Positions 41,137 to 54,674 of a stretch of DNA of 64,000 bases are shown one piece after another. The notes under the pieces are model-generated. The model was given only the letters and a program-made list of their open reading frames with translations. It had not been told where the DNA came from and ran no database searches. Within the stretch, counting starts at the first letter, position 1. Every line of letters starts with the position of its first letter. The stretch comes from Octopus vulgaris (taxonomy: Eukaryota), in NCBI GenBank assembly GCA_951406725.2, contig OX597815.1:179862001-179926000 (forward strand). The letters run 5' to 3'. A program made the position numbers and the translations under genes.

Positions 41137-41787
41137 TTAACCCTTTAGCTCTCTTTTTCTCTTTTTTTACTCTTTTTACTTGTTTCAGTCATTTGACTGC
41201 AGCCATGCTGGAGCACCGCCTTTAGTCGAGCAAATCGACCCCGGGACTTATTCTTTGTAAGCCCAGTACTTTTTCTATCGGTCTCTTTTGCCGCACCGCT
41301 AAGTTACGGGGACGTAAACACACCAGCATCGGTTGTCAAGCAATGCTAGGGGAACAAACACAGACACACAAACATATTCACACACACTTATATATATATA
41401 CATATATACGACAGGCTTCTTTCAGTTTCCGTCTACCAAATCCACTCACAAGGCATTGGTCGGCCCGGGGCTATAGCAGAAGACACGTGCCCAAGATGCC
41501 ACGCAGTGGGACTGAACCCGGAACCATGTGGTTGGTTAGCAAGCTACTTACCAAACAGCCACTCCAAACAGCGTTCATATTACTTTGTCAAATGTAATGC
41601 TTATTTACTCACACTGTTTTGAATTAATTATGCGTCACCTTGTAGCTTTGAGATTTTGATGATATAATTGTATATTTTAAGAATGATATCATAGGGTAGG
41701 TGTGAGAGATGAGATCTGGCTGGTTTGAGCATAAAGCAGGCAGAATATTTGAGCCAGTTATGGCCGGTTTAAATGCTAAAGGGTTAA
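41137..41787. mobile_element. piggyBac-like (TTAA) MITE interrupted by a SINE-A; related copies at ~5470-5720, ~7930-7980, ~48815-49570
   Basis: TTAACCCTTTAGC ... GCTAAAGGGTTAA ends. Interior is reverse-complementary to 5470-5720. Confidence 0.75.
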
Positions 41788-43286
41788 AGGTGAAGGCTTG
41801 AAACGATGCCCTCCCAATACAATATGCAGGACTTATACAGATTTACTTATTTCATGCAAATGTGGCTGCATGGCAATTTGGACAAATGTCTACTACTATG
41901 ACCTCAGGTGGACCAAAGCTTTGTGAGTGGATTTGGTAGATGGAAACTGAAAGAAGCCTGTAGTATGTGTGTGTGTGTATGTATCTGTGTTTTCTTACCC
42001 CCACCACATGGTAACCAGTGTTGGTGTGTTTACATCCCCATAACTTAGCACTCTAGCAAAAGAGACCAACAGAATAAGTATGATGCTTAACAAAAATTTA
42101 AGTACTGCGGTTGATTTATTTAACTAAATATTCTTCAAGGCAGTGCCCCAGCATGGCCATGATCTAATGACTGAAACAAGTAAAAGATAAGATTAATCAA
42201 GTAAAATGAAATGAACAAAACTCTGCAGTGTAAACTTATTTGTAAGCACTGTTGGTGCAGCCTTCTGGCTCGCCAGCCCTCAGAGAGGACAAACAAGGAC
42301 AGACAAATGGATTAAGTCAATTATATTGACTCCAGTGCGTAACTGGTACTTATTTAATTGACCCTGAAAGGACAAAAGCCCTTAAAAAAATAGACTCCCA
42401 TAGGACATTCCCTGAGATTAGGAGAGTTGCTGATTTGAGTTTCATTTTCCACCAACAGTCTAAGATGAGTTAATGAACATAAAAAACTGTAACGGACAGA
42501 GAAATGTGACTCAAATTAATAATAGGATACACACACACATATCAGGCTTCCTTCAGTTTCCATCAACCAAGTCCACTCACAAGGCTTTAGTTGACCCAAG
42601 GCTATTGCAGAACATACTTTCCCAAGGTGGCATGTGGTGGGATTGAACTCAGAGCCATATAGTTGCGAAGTAAACTTCTTACCACACAGCCATGGTTGTG
42701 CCTATATGGTTAAATTTCCAAAGAAAATCAAAGTGTTAATGTAATATGTATAACTACACACACACACACGTCATGAGAATGCAGCCATTACTCACTCTAA
42801 AGTACGACTTTGTACCAGCATGAACCATGCTTTCACTAATGGCTTCAGATGGCCAGACAGTTGCAAGCAGACACGGACACCATCTCCTCGTCCTTCTTGC
42901 ATTTAACTTAGTGGAACATCTAAGATGTAAGAGCTGAGAGAGAAAGACAGCTGCACTAACACTTAAATGGCACTTTTATTTACCAGTCGTCAAAAGGATG
43001 GAAGCCAAATTTAGCTTCAATTGGAATTTAACTCAGAGAGAGTTGGAACAATTGGCTGACAGACACAAACAGGACACTTGGCTTGCAGGGTGAGGAGGGT
43101 TGACAGAAACTCAGCACAGCGAGAATCAAAACAATACCTATCAAAAGGATAGATGAACTTAGTGTAGGTTCAATGACAATCTAACACTAGCACAGGCCCT
43201 CACAAATTCTGTATTGGCATCTGGCATGCTGGAACACTGTTGGGAGTGAGGAACCCCATAGCATTTGTCAAAGCATGTCTCTAGAG

Positions 43287-43487
43287 CAGTGCTTTTCAAA
43301 CTTTTTGCTGAAGCGGAACCCCAAGGAAATGTTCCACTGGCTCGAGGAACCCCTGTGCAATAATTTAATTGTCTTATGCACACATATCTGCACAGGAGAA
43401 TTAAAAATTACTGTCGATTTTAGCATTTTTGTAACTTCTTGTGGAACCCCTGGACTGTATTGGCGGAACCCTGGTTGAAAACCACTG
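43287..43487. mobile_element. hAT (Charlie-like) MITE
   Basis: TIRs CAGTGCTTTTCAAAC / GTTGAAAACCACTG. Perfect 8-bp TSD CTCTAGAG. Subterminal GGAACCC repeats. Confidence 0.92.
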
Positions 43488-46445
43488 CTCTAGAGGGTCA
43501 TCTGATATGAAACCAGACATGCAGGGAATGGCATCGGATATTTTGGGGGTCTTTGGTTTCTGCTTGAGATCATGGCCCTCCCACATCCCTGAGCCTGTGG
43601 CCCATATTGGCACCAGACATCTTGCCATGGTTTGTTTCTGGATCATGTAAGCAGGGTAGAGAAGATCTGCAAGGTGCTCTGCAAGCCTTATTGGATCTAA
43701 AATTTCAAGTTGTGCTATTGCTAGTGAAAGCAACTCTCTGATTCCCCAGTTGAGTAGGAATGTGCCATGGTGAGCATGGAGGCTGTGGATGTGCACCTAG
43801 GTGAAGGTGACTGCCAGTGCAATGAACTCATGCACAAGCATTGCTGGCATTTTGCATGAGCAGTTTGTATGCATTCAGGTTGCCAGTACCACCTGACTGG
43901 CCCCGTGCCGGTGGCACATAAAAAGCACCCACTACACTCTCGGAGTGGTTGGCGTTAGGAAGGGCATCCATCTGTAGAAACACTGCCAGATTAAGATTGG
44001 AGCCTGGTGCGGCCATCTGGTTCGCCAGCCCTCAGTCAAAATCATCCAACCCATGCTAGCATGGAAAGCGGATGTTAAACTACGATGAGATACATATTAA
44101 GCATTATTTTTAAGTTCTACGTAAGATTTTCATTAATTTCACAGATATTATAAGCTTCCTTCTGTAGGCCACTGATTTCCTCTGTATCTTTCCAATGGTC
44201 AATACTAAAGCATGCTTACTCACATAAATCTATTTGTTCTTGGTACAAACCAATATCAACAATGCGAAACTGCACCGATTGCCTGTCTCGTTAAATATCG
44301 AACGTAATCACTTGTTCTTTATCACTGCCGCTTTTCCATTTCCTTATTCATAACTGATTTTTGGCCAATAGCAGAGATTTATCTTTTGGAATGTATTAAT
44401 ATTCTTGTAATATGTACATGTGTAAGTACAGTATTGTTATAATTAAGGTTTCCCAGCATTATTTTCAAGTTGTAAGATATTCCTTAATCTCTTGGGTATT
44501 TACAGACTCCCTTCTGGATTTTTCCACTCCTTTCCATCATGGAGGTTTATAGCTGGCTACTGAAGAATGGCTACAGGCAGCGTTTCATTCGAGCTGGTAT
44601 ATTCTTTTACTTGTTCCAGTCATTTGACTGTGGCCATGCTGGAGCACCACCTTTAGTTGAACAAATTGACCACAGTACTTAGTTTATTGGTCCCTTTTGC
44701 CAAACCGCTAAGTTACGGGGACATAAACACACCAACATTTGTTGTCAAGCAATGGTGGGGGGGGATCAAACACAGACACACAAACACACATATATATATA
44801 CACACACATATACAGGGCTTCTTTCAGTTTCTGTCTACCAAATCCATTCACAAGGCTTTGGCTGACCCTGGAACCATGTGGTTGGGAAGGAAGCTACTTA
44901 CCACACAGCCACGCCTGTGCCTACGTGTATAATAGAATAAAAATATAAACAGATACACAACCAGTGCCGTCTTACTAGCCTTGTAGGACCTTGCACATTA
45001 TGTACTGACAGCAAGGCAGAGCATACACACATCCAAATTAGGCCTCATACTCGTGGGGCCCCTGGGCAACTGTCCAGTGTGTCTGTCTTAAGACAAAACT
45101 ACAAACAACTGGTATTGGGTCAGATGGTGAAAAAAATTAGTTATATATTTAAACATGAATTAAAATTTTACAGGAATATTGATCAGGGATTAATTGGAGA
45201 ATATTCGTAATGAGCATGGAAGATAGAGTATTCTTCTGGAATAGTCATATGGTAAGTCTGAATAATTTGTAATTAAGTAAAGCTGGTCATCATAGAAAGA
45301 ATGCAAAACTGGATGAGAAAGAAAGAGGAAGGAAGGTGTACCAATAGAATCTTACAGCTGTTTCTAGAATACTTGTGCAAGTGCCACATCCCAAGATGGT
45401 GCTATGTAAAAAGCACCTGTTCTGGTGTCACATAAAAAGTACCCATGCTAATGCCATGTACACAGCACCCATGCTGGTTCCACATATAATGCACTGGTGC
45501 AAGTGCCACATAAAAAGCACCCAGCACACTCTGTGAAGTGATTGGCATTATGGAAGGCCGCCAACCATTGAAAACTTTGCCAAAACGGACAATGGAACCT
45601 GGTGCAGCTTTTGGCCTCGTCAGTTCCTGTCAAACTGTCCAACCCATGCCAGTATGGAAAACAGATGTTAAATAATAACGAAGACGAATTGCAGATGATG
45701 CATTCCCCCACAGACAATTAGCAGTGAACATTGTAGTTGCAACACATTCCATTACAATCAGAAGAATGCACCATCTTTGCATGTATTTTTCAAATAGATG
45801 TAAGAAAATACCTGCACACCTTCCTTCCTTCCTTCTTTCTACCTTTCTTCTCATCCTGCTTTGGACTCTACCTATGATGACTAGTTTTACCAAATATTTA
45901 TAATTCGGTCTTACATATAACTGTTCTGGGAGAAGACTAGAATATGCCATAACCATCATGAACATTCTTCAACTGATTTTTTTATTGACTTCTTGTAATC
46001 TATAATCCCATAACAACTCAATCTCCATGTTTAAATGTATAAATGTCATAAGCTGACCTCATACCAGTTGCCTGCTTATACTTTTTATATTCTATTAAAC
46101 AAACAAGCATACATATACGTATATATATGTGTGTGTGTGTGGCTGGCTACACTCACGGAGTGATTTCTACACTCTCGGAGTGTTTGGCATTAGGAAGGTC
46201 ATCCAGCTGTAGAAACACTGCCAGATCATCAGACTGGAGCCTGGTGCAGGCACCTGGCTTCCCAGACCCTGGTTGAACCGTGCAACACATGCTAGCATGG
46301 AAAACGGATGTTAAACGATGACGACGATGATGATATATGCTTTGCAATTGCTCTTAACTGTGGTTTGGACTTTTGGGCTGGTCTTTCTAGTATATTAGGC
46401 AACCTGTTAAGGCTTGCCTCTTTTGTGTTTAAATGTATACTAATT

Positions 46446-46489
<44 letters not shown>

Positions 46490-46852
46490 AATATATATAG
46501 TAAACATGTCTGTATATTCTGTGTATTCTAAAAGTAGCCTAACGTAATCCTTATTGTCCTCTGCATACCCTGATGATTTTCCATACAAGCTATTTAAAAT
46601 GCATAATTATATATTTACATATGTTCTGTAGTTTTATTTTGTTTATGAAATGAAACAATTGCTGGTGAATATGTTGATTAATTAATAAATTAATTTGTAT
46701 CCATGAAATCTCTCTGTTTTCTAACTCGATAAAAATGCTTGATATTTTATGATATTCTATATAATACATCCATTGAAGAATAATTTCTTCAAAATTTAAT
46801 ATATTAGACCAGTGTGTCTTGGATAAATATCCATATAAATGGTTTAAATATC

Positions 46853-47083
46853 TATTTCTTTACTACCCATAATGGGCTAAACACAGAGGGGACAAAAAAG
46901 GACAGACACACGGAATAAGTCGATTACATCGACCCCAGTGCGCAACAGGTACTTATTTAATTGACCTCGAAAGGATGAAAGGCAAAGTCGACCTTGGCGG
47001 AATTTGAACTCAGAATGTAAAGACATACAAAATACCGTTAAACATTTCGCCCGGCGTGCTAACGTTTCTGCCAGCTCACCGCC
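46853..47083 (-). mobile_element. SINE-B copy; others at ~1070-1285-, 8456-8690+, 10231-10455+, 15063-15278-, 17528-17673+, 20915-21333-, 32088-32306-, 52514-52730+, 55073-55290+, 57495-57727-, 63840-64000+
   Basis: 13-bp TSD TGGTTTAAATATC. Homologous to 31180-31411. Confidence 0.9.
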
Positions 47084-47282
47084 TGGTTTAAATATCCTCA
47101 TTATTACTATATATATATATGTATGTATGTATATACACACACACACAAAGTATGGGGGTTTAGTTCACAGGTGATCTAAATGATTAGGTACGCTAGGTAA
47201 GTGCTGTAACGGATTACTAGAGTTCCAAGGTTATAGCCGAGACAGTAGTTATGGAGCCGTTGCAGATTTCCAATATAGCAGA

Positions 47283-47444
47283 TATATAATTGTTAAAGAG
47301 GTCAACAAACGTTAAGGCAAATATCTCAAATCATATGCATTATTATTATTATTGGAGAAAATTTTTTTCCAATAATAATAATAATAATACATATGACTTG
47401 AGATGTTTACCTTAACGTTTCTTGTCCTCTTTAACAATTATGTA
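47283..47444. repeat. ~160-bp foldback with (ATT)n/(AAT)n inner arms
   Basis: ATAATTGTTAAAGAGG...AAACGTTAAGG / CCTTAACGTTT...CCTCTTTAACAATTAT. Confidence 0.85.
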
Positions 47445-48897
47445 TATTAGAATGAGATAACAAAGCTAAGGCTGTGAGGAGTTTTTAGGACATTTATAAT
47501 GAAATATTCTTATAGCTGTTTCTGGGATATTATGGATATCCCTTCAGAGATGGTGTGAGAAAATATTTGAGTTTGAATTATTATGGAAAGGAGGAGATAG
47601 GGAAATAAGAGAATGACAGTAGAAATAAGTTATATAAAGATATGCCAGCCTCGCCTGGCCCCCATGCCAGTGGCACGTAAGAAGCACCATCTGATCATGG
47701 CCATTGCCAGCCTTGCCTGGCCCCCCCGTGCCGGTGGCACATAAAAAGCACCATCCGACCGTGGCCGTTTGCCAGCCCTGTTTGGCACCTGTGCCGGTGG
47801 CACATAAAAAGCACCCACTACACTCACGGAGTGGTTGGCGTTAGGAAGGGTATCCAGCTGTAGAAACATTGCCAGTTCAGACTGGGCCTGGTGCAGCCTT
47901 CTGGCTTCCCAGACCCCAGTTGAACCGTCCAACCCATGCTAGCATGGAAAGCGGATGCTAAATGATGATGATGATGATTGTAGTTACAGTTCCATTATTC
48001 AAAGAAAATGGTGTATAGAAGTGGTAAAGTTTCTTGTACATGGTATGTAAGTTCCAATAGTAGTTCAAGTTTAGTCATTCCAAAGTATGGAGCCATGGAA
48101 TCAGTATTGCTCATTCTATGTATTTATGTATTACAGGATTTACATTCATTTTTCACAAAATATCACAATGCAAATGTTCAGTGAACCTGGATATTTACAT
48201 AAGAGTAACTAAAAGAAAAAAAAAATGCTCTTGCATCTAAAGTGCTGTTCTTCCTTTTAATCAGATCCCTATTAAAATCTGGGTTGCCTAGCAGCATTTC
48301 ATTTGTCTTTATGTTCTGAGTTCAAATTCTACTAAAGTCAACATTATCTTTCATCATCTTGAGGTTGATGAAATAAGTACCAGTCATGTACTGGGCTCGA
48401 TGTAATTGACTTACCCCCCAGTGCCAAATTTGAAACCATTATGAAGTAAGGATATTATCCTTTTTTTTTCTTTCTTTTTTTTTATAATACCAGGCAATTC
48501 ATCCCAACACAGATTCCATCAGATCAATAAAGTTAAAATAACACTGAAACTGCCTTTAACTAAAATCATTTAGACAAGCTGAGAACTACAGGTTGTAAAA
48601 GAAGACTTCAAAATGACAACGTCTCCAGTGGCAAATCAAAAAAACAAAAAAATGGAAATCTTCACTTTTCCGTTTGTTGAAGTCATCAAGATCAAAGCAA
48701 ATGCCTTCCTGAAGATGATAAATAAATAAAAAAATATCCTATTGATTCTAAGTTTAAAAAGCATTCTCACAATCAATCAAAATGCATATATATGTTTAAC
48801 CTTTCAGATTACAAATTACTCTATTAAATGTCATATTTATTCACATTTTTAAAAAATTAATCATGCATTGTCTGATAGTGTCAAGATGTCAGTGCTC

Positions 48898-49520
48898 TCA
48901 TCATCATCGTCGTCGTTTAATGTCTGCTTTCCTTATTGGCATGGGTTTGACGGTTTGACTGCGGACTGGTGAGCCAGAAGGCTGTACCAGGCTCCAATCT
49001 GGTCTAGCAAAGTTTCTACAGCTGGATGCCCCTTCCTAACACCAACTACTCTGAGAGTGTAGTGGGTGCTTTTTATGTGCCACCGGCACGAGGGCCAGTC
49101 AGGCGGTTCTGGCAACGACCACGCTCAAAAGGTGTTTTTTTTTTCATGCTACCTGCACGGGAGCCAGTCTGGCGGCACTGGCAATGACCATGCTTGAATG
49201 TTGTTTTTCATATGCCACTGGCACGTGTGCCGGTAAGGCGACACTGGCAATGATCAAGTTTGAATGGTGCGTTTTACATGCCACCAGCACGGGAGCCAAT
49301 CTGTGGCCCTGGCAACGATCATGCTCGGATGTGCTTCTAACATTTCACTGGCATGAGTGCCATTCAGGTGGTACTGTCATTGGCCACGTCAGTGATTTTG
49401 ATTTCACTTGCCTCAATAGGTCTTCGCAAGCAAAGTTTATTATCAAGTGAATAAGGGGTAGTCATAAATGGGCTGGTTACACCCACTGACATAGGGTACA
49501 GGCTATGGTCTCACTTGGCT
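48898..49520 (-). mobile_element. Family C copy with divergent repeat units; others at ~51378-51765-, 61785-61927-
   Basis: Same core and tail. About 5-6 repeat units. Confidence 0.8.
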
Positions 49521-52500
49521 TGTCAGAATATTTGGGCTGGATATGGTCAGCTTAAATGCTGAAGGGTTAAACGTTCTGGTAGGGGCCTCGAAATCTTTTT
49601 ACTTCTTGCTGTGACTTCATTCCCCTAACTGATTACCAAACATTACATCCACTTTCACTTGTTAATCTTGTCCACAGAAAGAAAGCACAAAGACATTGAA
49701 ATACTGAAAAGGAGTGTAACATAATGACAGCCAGAAAGTTCTGGCGAGATTCGTTATGGTTAGGAGTTTAATGTATGTAAAATAGCAGTTAAATTGCTGT
49801 CAGATCACATTGTCCTTCTTGAAAAACAGAAGGACAATGCAGCCATACATATGTAAAGGAAAATGGGATATGCAAAGATGTAATGGCTTTCATCATAGGC
49901 CTGCCTATTCAAGGCTCACTCGGGGCTAAAAAGCAACAGCAATGATGATGTAGGTGGTGGCAATGATGATGATGACAACAACTTCAGCAACAACAACAAC
50001 TATTGATAAATGCATAAACAGGTTGACATTTATAGCGTGTGTTTGAATGAAATAACCCATATCTCGAGATTGATTCTGAATATAATATGTGAGAATATGA
50101 AAATTGCACTGATAATGGATCTAAAACTTTGGGGAATTTCCCAAGCAGTGGAATTACTGACTCAACAGTTTTCCTAGCGCAATAAACAAATATTTTCCTA
50201 AAATTTGTTACACATTAACTAGCTTATGAAATTTGTTTCAAAGTTTTATAGGTGAGCTGAAAAATAATATCATTCCCTCTGCAAATCAATAAATGGAATT
50301 AAAAAAAGCAAAAAAAAAAAATCTACAAGAAATATAGTTTAAGAGTACATGCTTAAAATAGCTGAATATACCAAATCTTTATCAGCTGCAAAATGTTTAA
50401 AGAAATCCTATATTAATTTAGTATTTTGGGAAGAGATAAGTGAAGCTTTGATCAGAAGTAGTAGCTTACTAGTTTTAGAGTTTATGGTGTAAATATGCAA
50501 TTTAAAACGGATCATTTGAAGATTAGTAGAAAGGCAATATAGTTATATAATTTCAGAGGAATGCATTGACAAATATCCGAGCACCTTTGTGGATTTGTTA
50601 AAATAGATTAGTTGCTCAAATATCTGGCTGATATTCAAATAAATTTCCCCATACGCTTCCCTTATCAACTTCATTACCACCACCAGCAATATTATTATTA
50701 TATCAGGTCCATTTTCCCTGCACAGCTCAGCCAAACCTGTCCACAACACCACCTCATTCTTTGCCAATTTTGGCACCAGTAAAGTAAAATGGTTGAGTGG
50801 AATTGGTATTGGATTACTAGCTCAAAAGCTTATGAGTTCAAACCTACTGAAAATATTTTGTTGTGTAATTCGACAAAATACTTAATAATTCATACAGCAG
50901 TTTATGTAGTTGTTCAGATATCTTTTTTATGTTTTGTTTGTTTCAGCTATTGGACTGTGACCATGCTGGGGCACCACCTTGAAGGGTTCTAGTCAAACAA
51001 ATCAGTCCCAGTAATATTTTTAAAATCTGATGCTTATCCCATGACCGCTTTTGCCAAACCACTAAGTTACAAGGACAATACTGGCTGTCAAGTGGTGGGA
51101 CACACAGACACACATACACATAGATATACACATATTCGTATATATATATATGCATAACTGTGTGTGTATGTAGATTGTTTGAAGTGGTTTTATATATTAA
51201 GAAAAAAGTGGGAGCTTCCCAGTTCAACTTCAGATTTTTTCAACTTACATATATGTATAAAAGGCATAAATTTTCTGTAAAAAAAAATCATTCCTGATGA
51301 ATCTTTGAAATGAGATGAAAGAGCTGAATAAATAACTATCCAAAATTCTTACTACCTTCTTTTCATTAATGTGTGTGTCATCATCATCATCGTTTAACAA
51401 CTGCTTTCTATGCTGGTATGGGTCGGAGAGGTTGACTGGCAAGCCAGGAGGCTGCATCAGGCTCCACTCTGAATCTGGCAAGGTTTCTACAGCTGGATGT
51501 CCTTCCTAATGCCAACCACTCTGAGTGAAGTGGGTGCTTTTTACATGTCACTGGCATGGGGGCCAGTCAGACAGCACTGGCATTGACCATGTTTGGATGG
51601 TGCTTTTTATGTGCCAATGGCACGGAAGCCAATCAGGGGACACTGGCATCGGCTACGTTCAAACAATGCTTTTTACATGCCATTGATACGGGGAGCCAGT
51701 CAGGCGGCACTGGCACCAACTCATGCCTGAATGGCGCTTTGATCAATGCCAGTGGCACATAAAAGAACCATTCAAGTGTGTGTTTTTTTACTTGTGTGTG
51801 TGTAGGCATGAAGGTGCATCGCCTAGTGGTTAGGTTGTTACACTCATGATTGCTAGATCATGGTTTCAATTCCCTGATTGGGTGACACATTGTCTTCTTG
51901 ATCAAAACACTTCGCTTCACATTGCTCCAGCCCCCCTTTCAATCAGGGAGGAATGTTGGTATGCTCACCTAGCCAACAAGGTGGCATCATTTGAAGGCTA
52001 AAACAATGCAAAAACACACTGTGACCAGCAATGTGTAACATTTTATAGCCTGGTCAGTCACATGATCATGTGTTTTATATATATATATATATATATATAT
52101 GTGCAATGGACTTCTTTCAAATTCCATCAGCTAGATTTCTTCACAAGGCTTTAGTTGGCCCCTGGGGCCAATAACAGTAAACACTCATCTGAGGTGCCAT
52201 GCAATGGGACTGAACCCAAAACCATGAGATTGGGAAGCCTGCTACGCCTTCCTCATTCATGCACCTTTGTGGATTTGTTAAAATAGATCAGATGCTCAAA
52301 TACCTGGCTAATGAACTTCCTCGTTAAGGAGAAATTTGTATATCATCCCATCACTGTCATAATAAGAAGGCACAAGCAAAAGCCTTTGACAAACCCCTTT
52401 GGCCTTATGGGACTTTCCTTTTAAGATTTTAGTTTCAGCATGTGCTTTCCATAAAGATATAAGGTCCCTAAGTTGCTTCCAATCTCATCAATTGCCATTA

Positions 52501-54235
52501 TTATACTATTTATAAGGTGGCGAGCTGGCAGAATCGTTAGCATGCTGGGCAAAATGCTTAGTGGTATTTTTCTCATTGCTACGTTCTGAGTTCAAATTCC
52601 GCCAGTCAACTTTACCGTTCATCCTTTTGGGGTCAATTAAATAAGTATCAGTTGAGTACTGGGGTTGATGTAATCAACAAGTCCCCTTCCCCCAAAATTT
52701 CAGGCCTTGCACCTGGAGTTGAAAGGATTATTATTATACTATTTATTAACTATGATTTCTCTAGGAACAATTACATTACCAAGGTAACAGAACTTCTCTA
52801 CAATTACAAATGTACTCTAAGAGTAGCTTTTCACCAGATTTTGGTTTATTTTATATCAGTCAAATATATAGAAAACATATCAGTATTTAATCACATTCTG
52901 CCTCTTTATTTACTAAATATGGACACTATCTTAATAATTTAGCTGACCATGTATGGACATCCTCATAATTTAACTAATCGCTAATATTCAACTTAGACAA
53001 ACCACTGTAATACAAATTATTGTTCAGTTGTCCTATTTTTATCATATGCTTTCGCTGCTCTGTTGAGCAGAGCTGTGTGTGTTTTGGATGAATGCAGTCT
53101 TTCGTTTAGGTTTAATCTTTTCTACTCTAGGCACAAGGCTTGAAATTTTGGGGGAGGGTGCTAGATGATTAGATTGACCCCAGTATGCATGTGGTACTTA
53201 ATTTATTGACCCTCGAATGGATGAAAGATACAGTTGACCTCAGTGGAATTTGAACTCAGAATGTAAAGACAGATGAAATAGTGCTAAGCATTTCGCCCAG
53301 CGTGCTAATGTTTCTGCCAGCTTACCACCTTCTTTCAGTCGAAATATTCTTTTCTACTCTAGGCAACAAGGCCTGAAATTTTTGGGGAGGGTGCCAGTCA
53401 ATTAGATTGACCCAAATATGCAACATGTACTTAATTTATCGACCACGAAAAGATAAAAGGCACAGTTGACCTCAGCAGAATTTGAACTCAGATCATAAAG
53501 ACAGACGAGATACCGCTAAGCATTTCGCCCAGCGTGCTAACATTTCTGCCTGCTTGCCACCTTACCTGTTTTTTTAAAGTTGTATCTTTTTCAGCTCTAA
53601 ACATAACCCCTGACACTCTTATAGCACATCCCCCCCTCTTTTCCTCTCTACTACTTGCTACCACCACTGTTCACTGTGGGCAGACCCCAATACATCTGCA
53701 ACATCATCTCTTTCTCTTCCTCACTCAGACTGTCTTTCTTTCTTCCTTTCTCACTCTCTTTCCCATCTTCCTTTTCCTTCCTTGTCCTATTGGGGTGGCC
53801 AATGATCTCCTCTATAGTAAGACAGCAATCCCTGTCCCTCTCTCTTACTCTAAACTCTCGTCTGACACACAGCCACTTCCTTCAGTTCTGCTCCCTCTCT
53901 TAATTAAGAGGTCTTTGTCTTGCAAGTTACTTGGTGACCCTACTGGTGCTGGTGCCACATGTAAAAACCAATTGTGCCAGAGCCAAATGAAAAGCACCCA
54001 GTACACTCTGTAAAATGGTTGGCATTAGGAAGGGCATCCAGCCAACTGTGCCAAAACAAACAAAGGAACCAGATGCAGTCCCCTAGTTTGCCAGCTCCTG
54101 TCAAACCATCCACCTCATGCAAGCCTGGAAAATGGATGGTTGATGATGATGACTTGACATCCTCACTGATAGTGGTTTCCAGCTTTTCTAAGAATTACCA
54201 CATGGAACTCTTTGATGTTGAAACTAAGAAAACTG

Positions 54236-54605
54236 ATTTACATTTGATGGATATTTGTCCTCATCTTGTTTGTTGTTAACACAACGTTTCCACTGATATA
54301 CCCTCCAGCTTTCATCAGGTGTCTTGGGGAAATTTCAAACCTGGGTTCTCATTCCTAAGGTATTTTTCAATGTTATTATTATTATTATTATAATCTTAAC
54401 CACTATGCCATATGCCCCACAGGCATAATAGTAATAACATTGCAAAATACCTTAGGAATGAGAACCCAGGTTCGAAATTTCCTCAAGACACCTGATGAAG
54501 GCTGGAGGGTATATCAGCCGAAACATTGTGTTAACAACAAATAAGATGAGGGAAAATATCCGTCAAATGTAAATAATTCCTCATTTCTTAAATATAGAAC
54601 TGTAT
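54236..54605. mobile_element. Family F foldback element (internally deleted inverted dimer)
   Basis: Same body on both strands around centre ~54420, same tail. TSD-like TAAGAAAACTGA (54225-36) / TAAGACAACTGA (54606-17). Confidence 0.85.
54487..54532 (+). ncRNA. Minimal type I hammerhead ribozyme motif (best-preserved family F copy)
   Basis: GACAC-CTGATGA-A-GGCTG[GAGGGTATAT]CAGCC-GAAA-CATT-GTGTT. Stem I GACAC/GTGTT, stem II GGCTG/CAGCC. The copies at 54278-54323(-) and 24200-24245(-) give ACGT as the stem III palindrome. Confidence 0.65.
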
Positions 54606-54674
54606 TAAGACAACTGAATAAATTTTTGCAGGTAAAATTCAAAAACTGTCAGAGAAAGGAATAACTTTTCTTAC

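Noticed and set aside
53534-54013. 159-aa Leu/Ser/Phe-rich ORF
   Set aside because: CT-rich old LINE 3' UTR between a SINE-B and a family C tail. A complementary copy lies at ~24660-25230.
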